From Bacteroidales bacterium (GTDB taxonomy: Bacteria; Bacteroidota; Bacteroidia; Bacteroidales; VadinHA17), in assembly GCA_016715075.1 (NCBI GenBank), contig JADKBK010000042.1, positions 5,710-69,709 on the forward strand: a stretch of DNA of 64,000 bases, read 5' to 3'. This document shows positions 21,494 through 32,753 of the stretch, piece after piece. The translations under genes and the position numbers were made by a program. The notes beneath the pieces were generated by a model. The model did no database searches. It was not told the origin of the DNA and worked only from the letters and a program-made list of their open reading frames with translations. How positions within the stretch are numbered: position 1 is the first letter of the stretch; each line of letters starts with the position of its first letter.

Positions 21494-21501
21494 CAAAGTT
21501 A
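21494..21501 (-). promoter_or_regulatory. Candidate Bacteroidetes -7 promoter box (TAACTTTG) for the riboswitch and btuB operon
   Basis: Minus-strand TAACTTTG matches the TAnnTTTG consensus directly upstream of the riboswitch. No good -33 TTTG was seen. Confidence 0.35.
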
Positions 21502-21589
21502 AAAAAAAATCGAAACGGAGTAGCGTTAAATAGTATTTCAGATATGAACAGTTATTAACATTTTGAAAAGGAAGGTTGATAAGAACTTA

Positions 21590-21627
21590 CACAGAGGACA
21601 CAGAGGCTGCACAGAGTTTCACAGAGG
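21590..21627. repeat. Four direct CACAGAG(G) repeats at about 10-bp phasing
   Basis: cacagagg a cacagagg ctg cacagag ttt cacagagg; copies start at 21590, 21599, 21610 and 21620. Confidence 0.8.
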
Positions 21628-21743
21628 ATTTTTTACAACATCCCAAACTAATTCTATGTCCGTATTCACAATTTGAATATTAGATTACGGATGTGCCCTT
21701 ATGAGGTTTGGAGGTAAAAACAACGCTTAAGACAGCTTTCTGA

Positions 21744-24368
21744 TTATCGGGCATATTTCAGGATCTGCTCTCCAAGACCTATTCTGTATCCTGACGAACA
21801 GTAGAGGATATTCCCGCTTTTGTCAGTCATAACAACAAATGGCAGCCGTATCCCAGTCGGATCAAGTGGGAGGAGTGCACTGTTCAGAGCAGCATTATCG
21901 TTTCCGAAGAGCAGGTTAGAAGGCAATAAGTTCAAAAGCTCATCAGAAAAACCTTTCCACTTAAGTGAAGCATCAGTCAGAAAAATAAAGCATCCGCCCC
22001 ATTCATCAAGTTCTTTTTTAAGATGTGGCAGATCATTGAATATGTGCTTTGTTGGTTCCTTTTCAGGGTCGATCCAGATAATTGCAGCTCCCTTTTCTGA
22101 TAAACTGTCAGGATTCTGCACATCACGATCCAGTAGTTTAAATATGCTCCGGAGGTCAATTTTTCCTAGGATCTTAGCTTCAGTCAGCTCTTTTCTGATT
22201 TTTACTTCCACAGTTTTATGCTCACCAGCTTTCAGGTCGAAGAAGCTTAGTGCTGATAATATCCTGCCCCCTGATAACCTGTTTCCTGTAACCAGCATAT
22301 AGCTTCCAGGAGAGAGAGAAAGCTCTTCTTTAAAATCGGTGACCTTCTTATTATAGTCATATTCAAGTGTTGTATAGCGTCCATTTTCAAACCTTGCAAG
22401 AGTAAAATGGCTGTAATATTCAGGAACTGTTTTGCTTTCTGCTGAAATGAGCCTTATATACCCTTTGATACCAGAAGGTTTGGGCTGATCAGAAAAGAAA
22501 AGGTCGTTCCATACAGAATTGAGAAAATATTGCGGCACATTGCTCCCGGGCTCCAATCTGGAGGGTATTCCCAGGCTTCTGCATATTGCAACAAAGCAGA
22601 TATCCCTTGAAAATGAGTCAGAAACTTTTAATTCATTGACACCTTTTGGAGTAATTGGTGTATTGTAGTAGTTTTCACCATCAGCTATACTGATATTCTT
22701 TTCCAGGTATTGTGAGATAAGGAGTGGATTTGACGGGGCGCCATTAATCAGTTCAGAGGGCAGTTCATTCCTGAAATAACTTCTCCATGGCGTTAATAAT
22801 TCATTTGCGACTCTGGGATTCAATACATTTTCCAGAAACAGTTTATTATCGTTTTCAGCTATTCCTGCATTGCAGACAATATTAAGAAGATGATCTGACA
22901 GAATCACAGCTTTTGTATCTCTCAGATCCTTATCAGGAAGTATTTCGAGCAATGACAGGGCCATGCTAACCAGAGAATCAGGTGTCACTGAAAGGAAAGA
23001 ACTTATCTCTTTATAGTTGCCCATACTTCGGGCAATGATACTCATTACTCCTGATGTGTCAGCATTCAGACTTACAGCTAAAGATTTTGCGTCAACAGGA
23101 GTCATCCAGGTATCAATATACTTCTGGCGGATTTCATTTTCAGCATTGAATCTTTTTGTATTGTTTTCTATCATCGCCTGCGAGGGACCGGGCAATGGAG
23201 ACAGAGCCAGAGGAACATCAAGATCAAGTTCAATATTGTCACTGCCACCTGCTTTTTTATTCAGGACCATTGTCAGAGTATCTGTTTCTGCGACTGAGAT
23301 CTTCGTATAATTGAATCCGTTTTTACCATAGGCCCAAACAAGGAGGTCGCCAAGTCCTGTTTCAAACTGACTAATCCCGCCGGCATCAGCAGGAACAACA
23401 GCCAGTGGATAGAATTCAGCATAATTGAAAAGCTGATATTCCACTCTGGCATCTTTTACAGGCAATCCGTCAGCGTCAATGACTTTCACAAATATCCTTT
23501 TTGTAACTGCATATTTTGAGAGGGTATTTACTTCAGAATAGTTTTTATACCTGTTAACACTGTTTTCGTCTTTAAGAGAGGCTCCAAATGATTTTGTATG
23601 TATGAGCATAGCCCGACGTGCAGGTTCAGTAAACCAGCCCCTGTCGATAACAGGTTCAGGTTCGCATGCACCCATATAATACCATTTACCGGCTGACCAG
23701 ACCTCTACCCATGCATGATTATCATCAGTATGTGCCCAGCGTGGTGTATAGACCTGTCGGGCAGGAATCCCTGCTGTCCTGAGGGCTGATACGGTAAAAG
23801 TCGACTCTTCTCCGCATCTCCCCCTTGCTGAAAGAATTGTACTCAGCGGAGCGGAGGTCCTTATGTCTGCAGGCTGATAAGCTACTTTCTCATGGCACCA
23901 GTGATTAATCTCCAGAGCTGCATCAAGGATGGACATATTTCTAATTCTGCCGACAATTTCGTCATAGCAGACAATTCTGAAAGAGTCAGGGTTTTCGTTG
24001 TTTATCCTGTATGGGAGTACATAATGCAGGAAGATCTCTTCCGGTATATCTTTGCCCCAGGGCGATTCTTCCCTGGCACGCAATGCGACATTGACGTTTG
24101 CAAGAAAAAAATCTCCGCTGTAATCAGCCAGATCATTAAGTGGCATAAATGCATAAAGGAATTTAAGAGCTTCTTTCTGACTGGTTTTCAGTGGCCGGTT
24201 TAAAACATCAAACAATTCTCCGGATCTGTTTGCTGCAAGCTCTTTCCTTTTATTAAAAGAGCTGTCGACAAGGTTCCTGTATTCGCTGTCATTTATCAGG
24301 TGTCTGCCGGAACAAGCGGATAACAGTGGTATTATTACCGCCAGAAGAAATTTTGCAGACATTTTCAT
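21744..24368 (-). CDS. Transglutaminase-like domain lipoprotein
   Basis: 874 aa with lipobox LLSACSG. Transglutaminase core GRCGEESTFTVSALRTAGIPARQVYTPRWAHTDDNHAWVEVW (Cys/His/Asp). C-terminal thioredoxin-fold-like region without CxxC. Confidence 0.8.
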   Translation of the reverse strand: MKMSAKFLLAVIIPLLSACSGRHLINDSEYRNLVDSSFNKRKELAANRSGELFDVLNRPLKTSQKEALKFLYAFMPLNDLADYSGDFFLANVNVALRAREESPWGKDIPEEIFLHYVLPYRINNENPDSFRIVCYDEIVGRIRNMSILDAALEINHWCHEKVAYQPADIRTSAPLSTILSARGRCGEESTFTVSALRTAGIPARQVYTPRWAHTDDNHAWVEVWSAGKWYYMGACEPEPVIDRGWFTEPARRAMLIHTKSFGASLKDENSVNRYKNYSEVNTLSKYAVTKRIFVKVIDADGLPVKDARVEYQLFNYAEFYPLAVVPADAGGISQFETGLGDLLVWAYGKNGFNYTKISVAETDTLTMVLNKKAGGSDNIELDLDVPLALSPLPGPSQAMIENNTKRFNAENEIRQKYIDTWMTPVDAKSLAVSLNADTSGVMSIIARSMGNYKEISSFLSVTPDSLVSMALSLLEILPDKDLRDTKAVILSDHLLNIVCNAGIAENDNKLFLENVLNPRVANELLTPWRSYFRNELPSELINGAPSNPLLISQYLEKNISIADGENYYNTPITPKGVNELKVSDSFSRDICFVAICRSLGIPSRLEPGSNVPQYFLNSVWNDLFFSDQPKPSGIKGYIRLISAESKTVPEYYSHFTLARFENGRYTTLEYDYNKKVTDFKEELSLSPGSYMLVTGNRLSGGRILSALSFFDLKAGEHKTVEVKIRKELTEAKILGKIDLRSIFKLLDRDVQNPDSLSEKGAAIIWIDPEKEPTKHIFNDLPHLKKELDEWGGCFIFLTDASLKWKGFSDELLNLLPSNLLFGNDNAALNSALLPLDPTGIRLPFVVMTDKSGNILYCSSGYRIGLGEQILKYAR

Positions 24369-24380
24369 AATGATCCAGAT

Positions 24381-25412
24381 CTATATAGTCCCGCAGGAGG
24401 CTCTTACCACAAGTTCCGGAGTAATATTCACCTGCCTTTTGAATTTTCCCTTGCCTGAATTTTTAACCTCTGACCAGATCATATTTACCACCTTTACAGA
24501 AAGGTTTGCGAGAGGCTTTCGCAAACAGGTCACCGGAGAGTACATCAGATCAAAACCAACTCCCTCCTCCATTGAAATAACTGCAATATCCTGCGGAATC
24601 CGTATATTTTTTGTCCTGAGGAACTTCATAATCGGGTAAACCTGACGTGCGGTCATAATAATCATTACGTCAGCTCTGTAAGGAGGACGAAGAAATTTCT
24701 CAAATTGCACAGGGTTGATCTCATCTGGTGAACTTTGTTTCTCCAGCTCTATAATAACCGGCTTATTCATTGAAGTTTTTTGAGCTATCGCATCAACCAG
24801 ATCACTGATATCAGGAGTATCCAGCCCTGATGGCTTGTTGTCAGCAATTATCAGTACATTACGGTATCCAAGTTTATCTATATGATTGATGACCAGACTG
24901 GCACCTGCACCGGAATCAGTAATCACAGTGTTCAGCCGAAGGGATCTTACATGCCTCTCGAGCAGTATAAAGGGATAGTCAGTAGCTTTCAGAGTCCGTA
25001 TAGTACTGTCATCGGCTGCATCTCCAAGAAGGATCATGCCGCTGTAGAATTTTTTAAAGGCTCCCACTAGCCTGTCATACCTGACATCATCTGATTCTTT
25101 TGTTATTATGGAGAATCCTACACCTATACTGGAGAATGCCTTTTGAAGATATGGTGCAATCTGAATTACAAACGGATCATTAAGAGAAGGAACCAGCATT
25201 CCGAGTATTCCCGGCTTCTCTTCAACCGGCGATATTTCATGCCGCTCACCAAGAGATTCAAAATAACCCATTTGTCTGGCCAGCGAAAGTACTTTTTCCT
25301 GAGTTTCTTTCCTGATACCCTGTTGATAGTCTTTATTATTAAGCACGAGTGATACTAATGTACCTGATACGCCTAAACGTGTAGCTAAATCTTTATTTCT
25401 AAATTTTTTCAC
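24381..25412 (-). CDS. LacI family transcriptional regulator
   Basis: N-terminal HTH KDLATRLGVSGTLVSLVLNN followed by a periplasmic-binding-protein-like effector domain; 343 aa. Confidence 0.85.
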   Translation of the reverse strand: MKKFRNKDLATRLGVSGTLVSLVLNNKDYQQGIRKETQEKVLSLARQMGYFESLGERHEISPVEEKPGILGMLVPSLNDPFVIQIAPYLQKAFSSIGVGFSIITKESDDVRYDRLVGAFKKFYSGMILLGDAADDSTIRTLKATDYPFILLERHVRSLRLNTVITDSGAGASLVINHIDKLGYRNVLIIADNKPSGLDTPDISDLVDAIAQKTSMNKPVIIELEKQSSPDEINPVQFEKFLRPPYRADVMIIMTARQVYPIMKFLRTKNIRIPQDIAVISMEEGVGFDLMYSPVTCLRKPLANLSVKVVNMIWSEVKNSGKGKFKRQVNITPELVVRASCGTI

Positions 25413-25489
25413 CTTTTCCCCTTGGTAATAGATGAAATAAATTTAGTAATTTTTTGTTACGCCGTGAGGAATTTAAAGATTTTTAACTT

Positions 25490-27454
25490 TTATTTTTTAG
25501 GAGGATTAATTCCTCTCTGTTTGGCTGCACTCTCCAGTCGCTGCTGCCATTTGGATTTTTTAAGTGGTTTCTTTTTATTCTCCTCCAGAGTGGCAAGCAC
25601 AGCATCTGCATTAATGAACCGTTTGGATATTATGTTCTGTCCATAGGTAATCATGTTTGCCAGGAAATAGTAATATGTAAGGCCCGCTGAGAAGTTATTC
25701 AGAATAAGCATGAACATCACAGGCATCATATACATCATCAGTTTCATTCCAGGCTGGTCGGAACCAGGAGAGGAACCTGTCATCTTCATTGTAAGCAAAG
25801 TAGATGCTGTCATCAGCAGGGTAAAGAGGCTGACATGGCTACCATACATTGGAATAGTGAACGGAAGGGTTAGTATGGAATCATAGGTTGAAAGGTCGGT
25901 TGCCCAGAGAAAATGTTCCTGTCTCAATTCAATTGATACCGGAAAGAACCTGAACATAGCAAACAATATTGGCATCTGAAGCAACATAGGAAGACATCCT
26001 CCCATTGGGTTCACCCCTGCCCTCTTGTACAGATCCATTGTTGCCTGCTGCTTCTTCATTGCATCCTCTTTCTTTGGGAATTTCTTTCCCAATTCTTCAA
26101 CCATAGGTTTCAGTACCTGCATTTTTGCCGTCGACTGGTAGGACTTGAAAGTAAGCGGAAACAATATAACTTTGATGATCAGTGTCAGAATGAGGATAAT
26201 AATTCCATAGTTTCCAATATAATTATCAAGCCAGTTAAAGATTGGAATTATCGCGAATCTGTTTATCCAGCCGATTATATTTTTCCCCAGAAAAACGATC
26301 TTCTCAAGCTGAAGTCCTTCTTTTCTCAGGGTGGTAAATGAATTAGGCCCGTAATAAAGCTTAAGGTTCAGTGCAGTGGAACTGCCCGGATTATAAGGAA
26401 CACCCAGCTCGGAGGAATAGTAACGCATGTATTTTTGTGATTCAGGAGTCCTGGTGGAGGTTATTGAACCATTCAGGAAGAAATCATTAGTCACTATAAC
26501 AGAAGAAAAGAACTGATCCTGAAAAGCGATCCAGCTCAGCTTGGTTGTAATATCCACCTTCTCATCCTTGGTGGATCTGAGCTTAAGCCCGTCTACATCA
26601 TCCTGATAGTATTTATAGTTGATTGTTGAATAATTCTCTTCATTCTGCCTTCCTTTTTCCTGCTGGGGAATATACATTTTCCAGTCAAGGGTAAGACTAT
26701 TCTGATTCGAAGCAATAATGCCATCCATTGATTTGAATGTGACATCAAAGTCAACCATATATTTATCCGGGGCAAGGGTATATTTATACTCAATATATTT
26801 ATTGTTGTCGGCCATCAGTCTGAGTGCAACACTCTGAGCAGTTGTTCCGGCATTAAAAGATTTCTGGTCAGATACAGGCGTAAAATAGAGGTTTGTTGTC
26901 TGAACTGCTTTATTATCCGCAGTAAAAAAATTGAATCCAAAAATGGTAGAGTCACCTGAAAATAATATCAGTGGCAGGGAATCATAGGTCCTGTAATCCT
27001 TCAATCTTGCTGAATAGACGCGGCCACCCTTGCGTGCAATTTTAAGTTCAACTTTATTATTTTCAAGGGTGATAAATTCATTTTCCCCTGTTGCTGCTGA
27101 GGCAAAAGCGCCATATTGATTTGAGTCAGAAGCTGCTGTCTGTTTTCCTGGAGCGGGTGTTTCAGCTCTGGCTGTTACATTATTCAGTGTATCTTTTTTT
27201 ACTATGTCGGTAGCGATTCCAAGTTTAAGATTAATTTCATTGACCCTGGCAATGGCATCCGGCTGATTTGGCTTGAATCTGAGGGCATTCATAAATTCCG
27301 CCCTGGCATTCTCAAATTCCCCTTTGGCGTAATAAGATTCCGCAACCTGAACAGCTTTCTCAAATTGCTTGTTCATCCGGCTGTTGTTAAATACGCTGAA
27401 TCCAATAAAGATTGCAAAAATCAGGATAATTCCTGTTATTGTATTTCTATCCAT
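25490..27454 (-). CDS. yidC: Membrane protein insertase YidC (long Bacteroidetes form)
   Basis: 654 aa. N-terminal TM, a large periplasmic domain, then the conserved core GIIILILTLIIKVILFPLT...MQVLKPMVEEL...KQQATMDLYKRAGVNPMGGCLPMLLQMPILFAMF. Confidence 0.9.
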   Translation of the reverse strand: MDRNTITGIILIFAIFIGFSVFNNSRMNKQFEKAVQVAESYYAKGEFENARAEFMNALRFKPNQPDAIARVNEINLKLGIATDIVKKDTLNNVTARAETPAPGKQTAASDSNQYGAFASAATGENEFITLENNKVELKIARKGGRVYSARLKDYRTYDSLPLILFSGDSTIFGFNFFTADNKAVQTTNLYFTPVSDQKSFNAGTTAQSVALRLMADNNKYIEYKYTLAPDKYMVDFDVTFKSMDGIIASNQNSLTLDWKMYIPQQEKGRQNEENYSTINYKYYQDDVDGLKLRSTKDEKVDITTKLSWIAFQDQFFSSVIVTNDFFLNGSITSTRTPESQKYMRYYSSELGVPYNPGSSTALNLKLYYGPNSFTTLRKEGLQLEKIVFLGKNIIGWINRFAIIPIFNWLDNYIGNYGIIILILTLIIKVILFPLTFKSYQSTAKMQVLKPMVEELGKKFPKKEDAMKKQQATMDLYKRAGVNPMGGCLPMLLQMPILFAMFRFFPVSIELRQEHFLWATDLSTYDSILTLPFTIPMYGSHVSLFTLLMTASTLLTMKMTGSSPGSDQPGMKLMMYMMPVMFMLILNNFSAGLTYYYFLANMITYGQNIISKRFINADAVLATLEENKKKPLKKSKWQQRLESAAKQRGINPPKK

Positions 27455-27541
27455 TCTTACAGGTGAGTTTAATTAAAGTGCAATGGTAATATTAAATTTC
27501 TGAATATAAAGATTTATAAGGATAACGGTGTGCAGTTTTTC

Positions 27542-29173
<1,632 letters not shown>

Positions 29174-29182
29174 TCAAAGCAA

Positions 29183-31180
29183 TTAGTCATCAAGTCCCGA
29201 TTGATCAATCATCTTGACCTTCTCCTCAAGTGTCTTGATCAGTTTCTTTGCACTTTCAATTTTATCTTCAACCTCTCGTATCATAGTGGTTGCATTAGTT
29301 GATTTTGCAAAAAAGCCGATATTATTCTCCCATAAGACTATATCACTCTCAAGCTGTTTGATTTTCGTAAAAAACTTATCCCGTTCATTCCTTACTTTAC
29401 GTGAGGCTTTAGGATTTGCTTTAAGATTATCGAGCTTAGTCCTGTATTTAAGGATACTTTTATCATCATCACCAATTTTCAGCTTGTCAAATTCTTTATT
29501 AAGAGCATTACGGTATTTATTGGTGATCTCATCCTTCATATTAAACGGCACAAAACCGATGTCTGTCCATTTTCTCTGTAGTTCCTTAAGTCTTTCGAAA
29601 GCAGCCTGAACATCAGAACCGGGTTCAAATTTTTCAAGCTCCTCAATTATAGCCAGTTTAGCCTTAAGGTTATCTTCATAAGAAGTATCGAGGTCGGTGA
29701 AGAATTCTGTTTTCCGGTTAAAGAAGTGGTCGCAAGCTTTTCTGAACCGTTTCCAGCTTCTTTCAGATTGTTTTCGTGGGACAGGTCCAATCTCCTTCCA
29801 CTCTTTCTGAAGTTTGATCAGAGCATCGGAGGTAGCTTTCCATTCGGTACTCTCCTGCAGCGCTTCGGCCTGAACACATAATTCTGTTTTTCTCAGAAGG
29901 TTATTAAGCTGAATCTCTTTATTATCAGCATAAAATGTTCTTTTCTTTTCAAAAAAAGCATCACAGGCTTCACGGAACCTCTGGTAGACCTTATTATTTT
30001 GTTTTTTCGGTGCAAAACCTATTGTTCGCCATATTTTCTGTAACTCAACAACCTTGTCAGCTTTCTCATCAAAATCCCTGAAATTCTTTACTTCAAGCTT
30101 ATTAATGGCTTCCACCTCTTCACAGAGAGCGATCTTTGCATCAAGATTGGTGCGTTGTTCATCTTTCTGTTTCTCAAAATATTCGTGGTGCCTTTTATTT
30201 ATCTGTGCAGTTGCTTCCTTGAATCTCTCCCATATATCGTTTTTTGATTCAATAGGAACCGGGCCTATTTCACGCCACTGGTTATGAAAGTCCTGCAGCG
30301 CCCTGAAAGCATTAACAGGATTAGGCTCAAGAAGAAGTTCTTCAGCTCTTTCACATAACCTGATCTTTACTTCAAGATTTTTTTTCAGATCAAGATCTCT
30401 CAGCTCTTTATTGATCTTAATATAGTCGTAGAAGATCTCAACGTAATGATGATAATTTTCCCACAGGTCCTTCAGGGCAGTCTGAGGTACAACACCAACT
30501 GAATGCCAGTCGTTCTGAAGGGCTCTGAATTCGTGAAAAGTTTTATTTATTGATTCCTCACGGTTGACAAGATCCTTAATCTTATCAATAATATCGTATT
30601 TCTTTTTAAGATTATCGTATTTTTCAGCCTCCTGAACCTTATTGTAATCAGTTCGTTTCTCACGATATTTTTCAAGGAGATGTTTTACCCTGGCATCATC
30701 AGGATCAACCCATGCCCTGTACTCTTCTATTTTACCACCGCCACTGAGAAATTTGTTTTTTCTTTCCTCTGATTCAAGCTTTAACTTTTTATAGAACAGA
30801 ATTCTGAGCCTGTCGATATCATCCCTGATCTCGGCCGGTGGACGGTTTTCGATCAGAAGAACTAATGTGTCCAGAAGTTCATGTTTACTGTAACCGGAAT
30901 AATCGACCTGAGGAAGTTCGAGATCATCAAAGGTATGTTCTTCCTCCGCTTTTGGATTATCATGTTCATCCGGAACAGGTGTAACTTCAGCTAAAATCTT
31001 CTCCTCCTTTTCAGTTACATCCATTTGTTGATTATTTTCTGTTTCAACGGATTCATTGGGAGAATCTTGTTCAGGCGTTTCTTGTGCAACAGTGGCATCC
31101 TCAGTTCCGGCAGCAAAATCATTTGCCCCGAATTGTTCTTCACGAACAGAGTCATCCGGATTTTTTTTTGTCATAATCAA
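29183..31180 (-). CDS. DUF349 domain-containing protein
   Basis: 665 aa. Acidic N-terminus, then repeated units of the W..IG.VP......W.RF..A.D.FF type (for example WRTIGFAPKKQNNKVYQRFREACDAFFEKK and WKEIGPVPRKQSERSWKRFRKACDHFFNRK). Confidence 0.8.
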   Translation of the reverse strand: MIMTKKNPDDSVREEQFGANDFAAGTEDATVAQETPEQDSPNESVETENNQQMDVTEKEEKILAEVTPVPDEHDNPKAEEEHTFDDLELPQVDYSGYSKHELLDTLVLLIENRPPAEIRDDIDRLRILFYKKLKLESEERKNKFLSGGGKIEEYRAWVDPDDARVKHLLEKYREKRTDYNKVQEAEKYDNLKKKYDIIDKIKDLVNREESINKTFHEFRALQNDWHSVGVVPQTALKDLWENYHHYVEIFYDYIKINKELRDLDLKKNLEVKIRLCERAEELLLEPNPVNAFRALQDFHNQWREIGPVPIESKNDIWERFKEATAQINKRHHEYFEKQKDEQRTNLDAKIALCEEVEAINKLEVKNFRDFDEKADKVVELQKIWRTIGFAPKKQNNKVYQRFREACDAFFEKKRTFYADNKEIQLNNLLRKTELCVQAEALQESTEWKATSDALIKLQKEWKEIGPVPRKQSERSWKRFRKACDHFFNRKTEFFTDLDTSYEDNLKAKLAIIEELEKFEPGSDVQAAFERLKELQRKWTDIGFVPFNMKDEITNKYRNALNKEFDKLKIGDDDKSILKYRTKLDNLKANPKASRKVRNERDKFFTKIKQLESDIVLWENNIGFFAKSTNATTMIREVEDKIESAKKLIKTLEEKVKMIDQSGLDD

Positions 31181-31437
31181 TCCTTTAATGGTTCAGCATG
31201 TTATCAGAAATCAGCGTCATGGCAATCCATGAATATTTCAGGATACGAAAATATTGAAATATTTAATAAAACTCAAGGGTTTGGCATAAATAAATATGAG
31301 AATCAGTTATTAAGAGGCTGCCGGTTCAAATGAAATCCGCACTCTGATGAGACTTTTAGGTACAGATTTTTGACATACTTCTGAGATGGATATTTAAATG
31401 GTCAGCCTTATAAAAATCATTAATAAAACAGGGCAAA

Positions 31438-32745
31438 TCACTCTTTCAGGGCAGCATAACTTTTATTTCTTGAAATCATATACCTGAACGGATTGATAAT
31501 CTTCTGCAGGAGCCTTATATCTTCTGTGATGATTTCAGCTGTTCCCTGCATATTCTGTGTAAAATCAAGTTTCAATCCATAGAGTGTTGTAAGTCCATCC
31601 GGCAGATCAATCTCAATAATATATGAATCCAGTGAAGGAACAAGTGATATTGATTTGATAATACCTCTTACCATTCCGTATTCGAGATAAGGATAACCAC
31701 TGAGCTTAATATTAACCTTTTGACCAGGCTTCACTTTTCCGGAACGCTGCATTTTCAGATTTATCCTTCCCAGGTAATTACCAGTTTCAAGTGGTACTAC
31801 AGTCATTACGGGTTCATCTTTCACTACCGACTGATTTGCGTTCCAGAATCTGGTAAAGGAAACTGTTCCGGCTACCGGTGATATGAGTGTATAGGTATTT
31901 TCCCAGATTTTCAGCCTGGCATTAAGATTCATAAAAGATTCATTCAGAACAGAGACAAGTTTCTCCTTCTCTTCGATCTTTTTAATATTATAATCCTGCA
32001 GCAGCTGACGTTTTTCGGACATCTCTATTGATTTTTGGGAGTGGTCGAGCCGTACCTGCTGCAGTTCAATATCCTGGCGGATTAGTAACTGATGTGACCT
32101 TTCAAGTTCGCTTTCGGGTATTACCTTGCTAACAAAAAGCAGAGAGTCTCTCCTGAATTTTCTGTATTCAAGCTTCTGATTCTCAGAGAACAATTTCTCC
32201 TTTACTACCAGCCGGTTGATATACTCCTGTATTCCTCTGATCTCTGCAGTAAGGGAGGCAATCTTATTTCCGTAAAAATCATTGGTGATATAGTTATTCA
32301 GATCTGAAAGATTCTTAAGAAACAATCCGTAAACCTCCTGAAGTTCACCGAGCTGCGAAAAGCCCGGCAGTGATTTTGAGATCATTATTTCCGGTGTCCG
32401 GATAGTATCCACTGTTTGTTTCAGAAGCTTTATCTGATCAATAGAGGCAGTAGTTTCCATAACTGCCAGCAATTGACCGGCGGAGACATTCTCCTTCTCT
32501 TTGACATAAATATATTTTATGTTACCTGTTATCTTTGTTACAAGTGTTACAGGAGGATTAGAGGTTGTAATCTCGACAGGAGCGGGAATTGTATCAGGGT
32601 ACCTGATAAGCCAGGCAAAAAGTATGAACAGGACGAAGACAGCTACCATAACACCTGTTCCCCATCTGAGTATCCTGCGCGGAGGATTTCCCATGATCTC
32701 TTTAACAGGATCGGAATATAGTATTTCAGGTTTCCGGCTATTCAT
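31438..32745 (-). CDS. HlyD family secretion (membrane fusion) protein
   Basis: 435 aa. N-terminal TM (WGTGVMVAVFVLFILFAWLI), a long coiled-coil middle and a C-terminal beta-barrel domain. 8 nt downstream of the C39-ABC gene. Confidence 0.8.
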   Translation of the reverse strand: MNSRKPEILYSDPVKEIMGNPPRRILRWGTGVMVAVFVLFILFAWLIRYPDTIPAPVEITTSNPPVTLVTKITGNIKYIYVKEKENVSAGQLLAVMETTASIDQIKLLKQTVDTIRTPEIMISKSLPGFSQLGELQEVYGLFLKNLSDLNNYITNDFYGNKIASLTAEIRGIQEYINRLVVKEKLFSENQKLEYRKFRRDSLLFVSKVIPESELERSHQLLIRQDIELQQVRLDHSQKSIEMSEKRQLLQDYNIKKIEEKEKLVSVLNESFMNLNARLKIWENTYTLISPVAGTVSFTRFWNANQSVVKDEPVMTVVPLETGNYLGRINLKMQRSGKVKPGQKVNIKLSGYPYLEYGMVRGIIKSISLVPSLDSYIIEIDLPDGLTTLYGLKLDFTQNMQGTAEIITEDIRLLQKIINPFRYMISRNKSYAALKE

Positions 32746-32753
32746 TTGTGTTT

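Noticed and set aside
21301-21558. 85-aa plus-strand ORF in the btuB upstream region.
   Set aside because: It overlaps the minus-strand cobalamin riboswitch almost entirely, its start codon lies inside the B12 box complement, and it has no recognisable protein features.
31181-31437. Search for additional GG-leader peptides or immunity genes flanking the exporter (31181-31437 and 34941-35067, both strands).
   Set aside because: Only very short ORFs without a GG motif were found by manual translation, for example MSKICT*, MDCHDADF* and MIKSQHGKLLTGFGSGKYYICQLILTVG*. None resembles a leader-core peptide.
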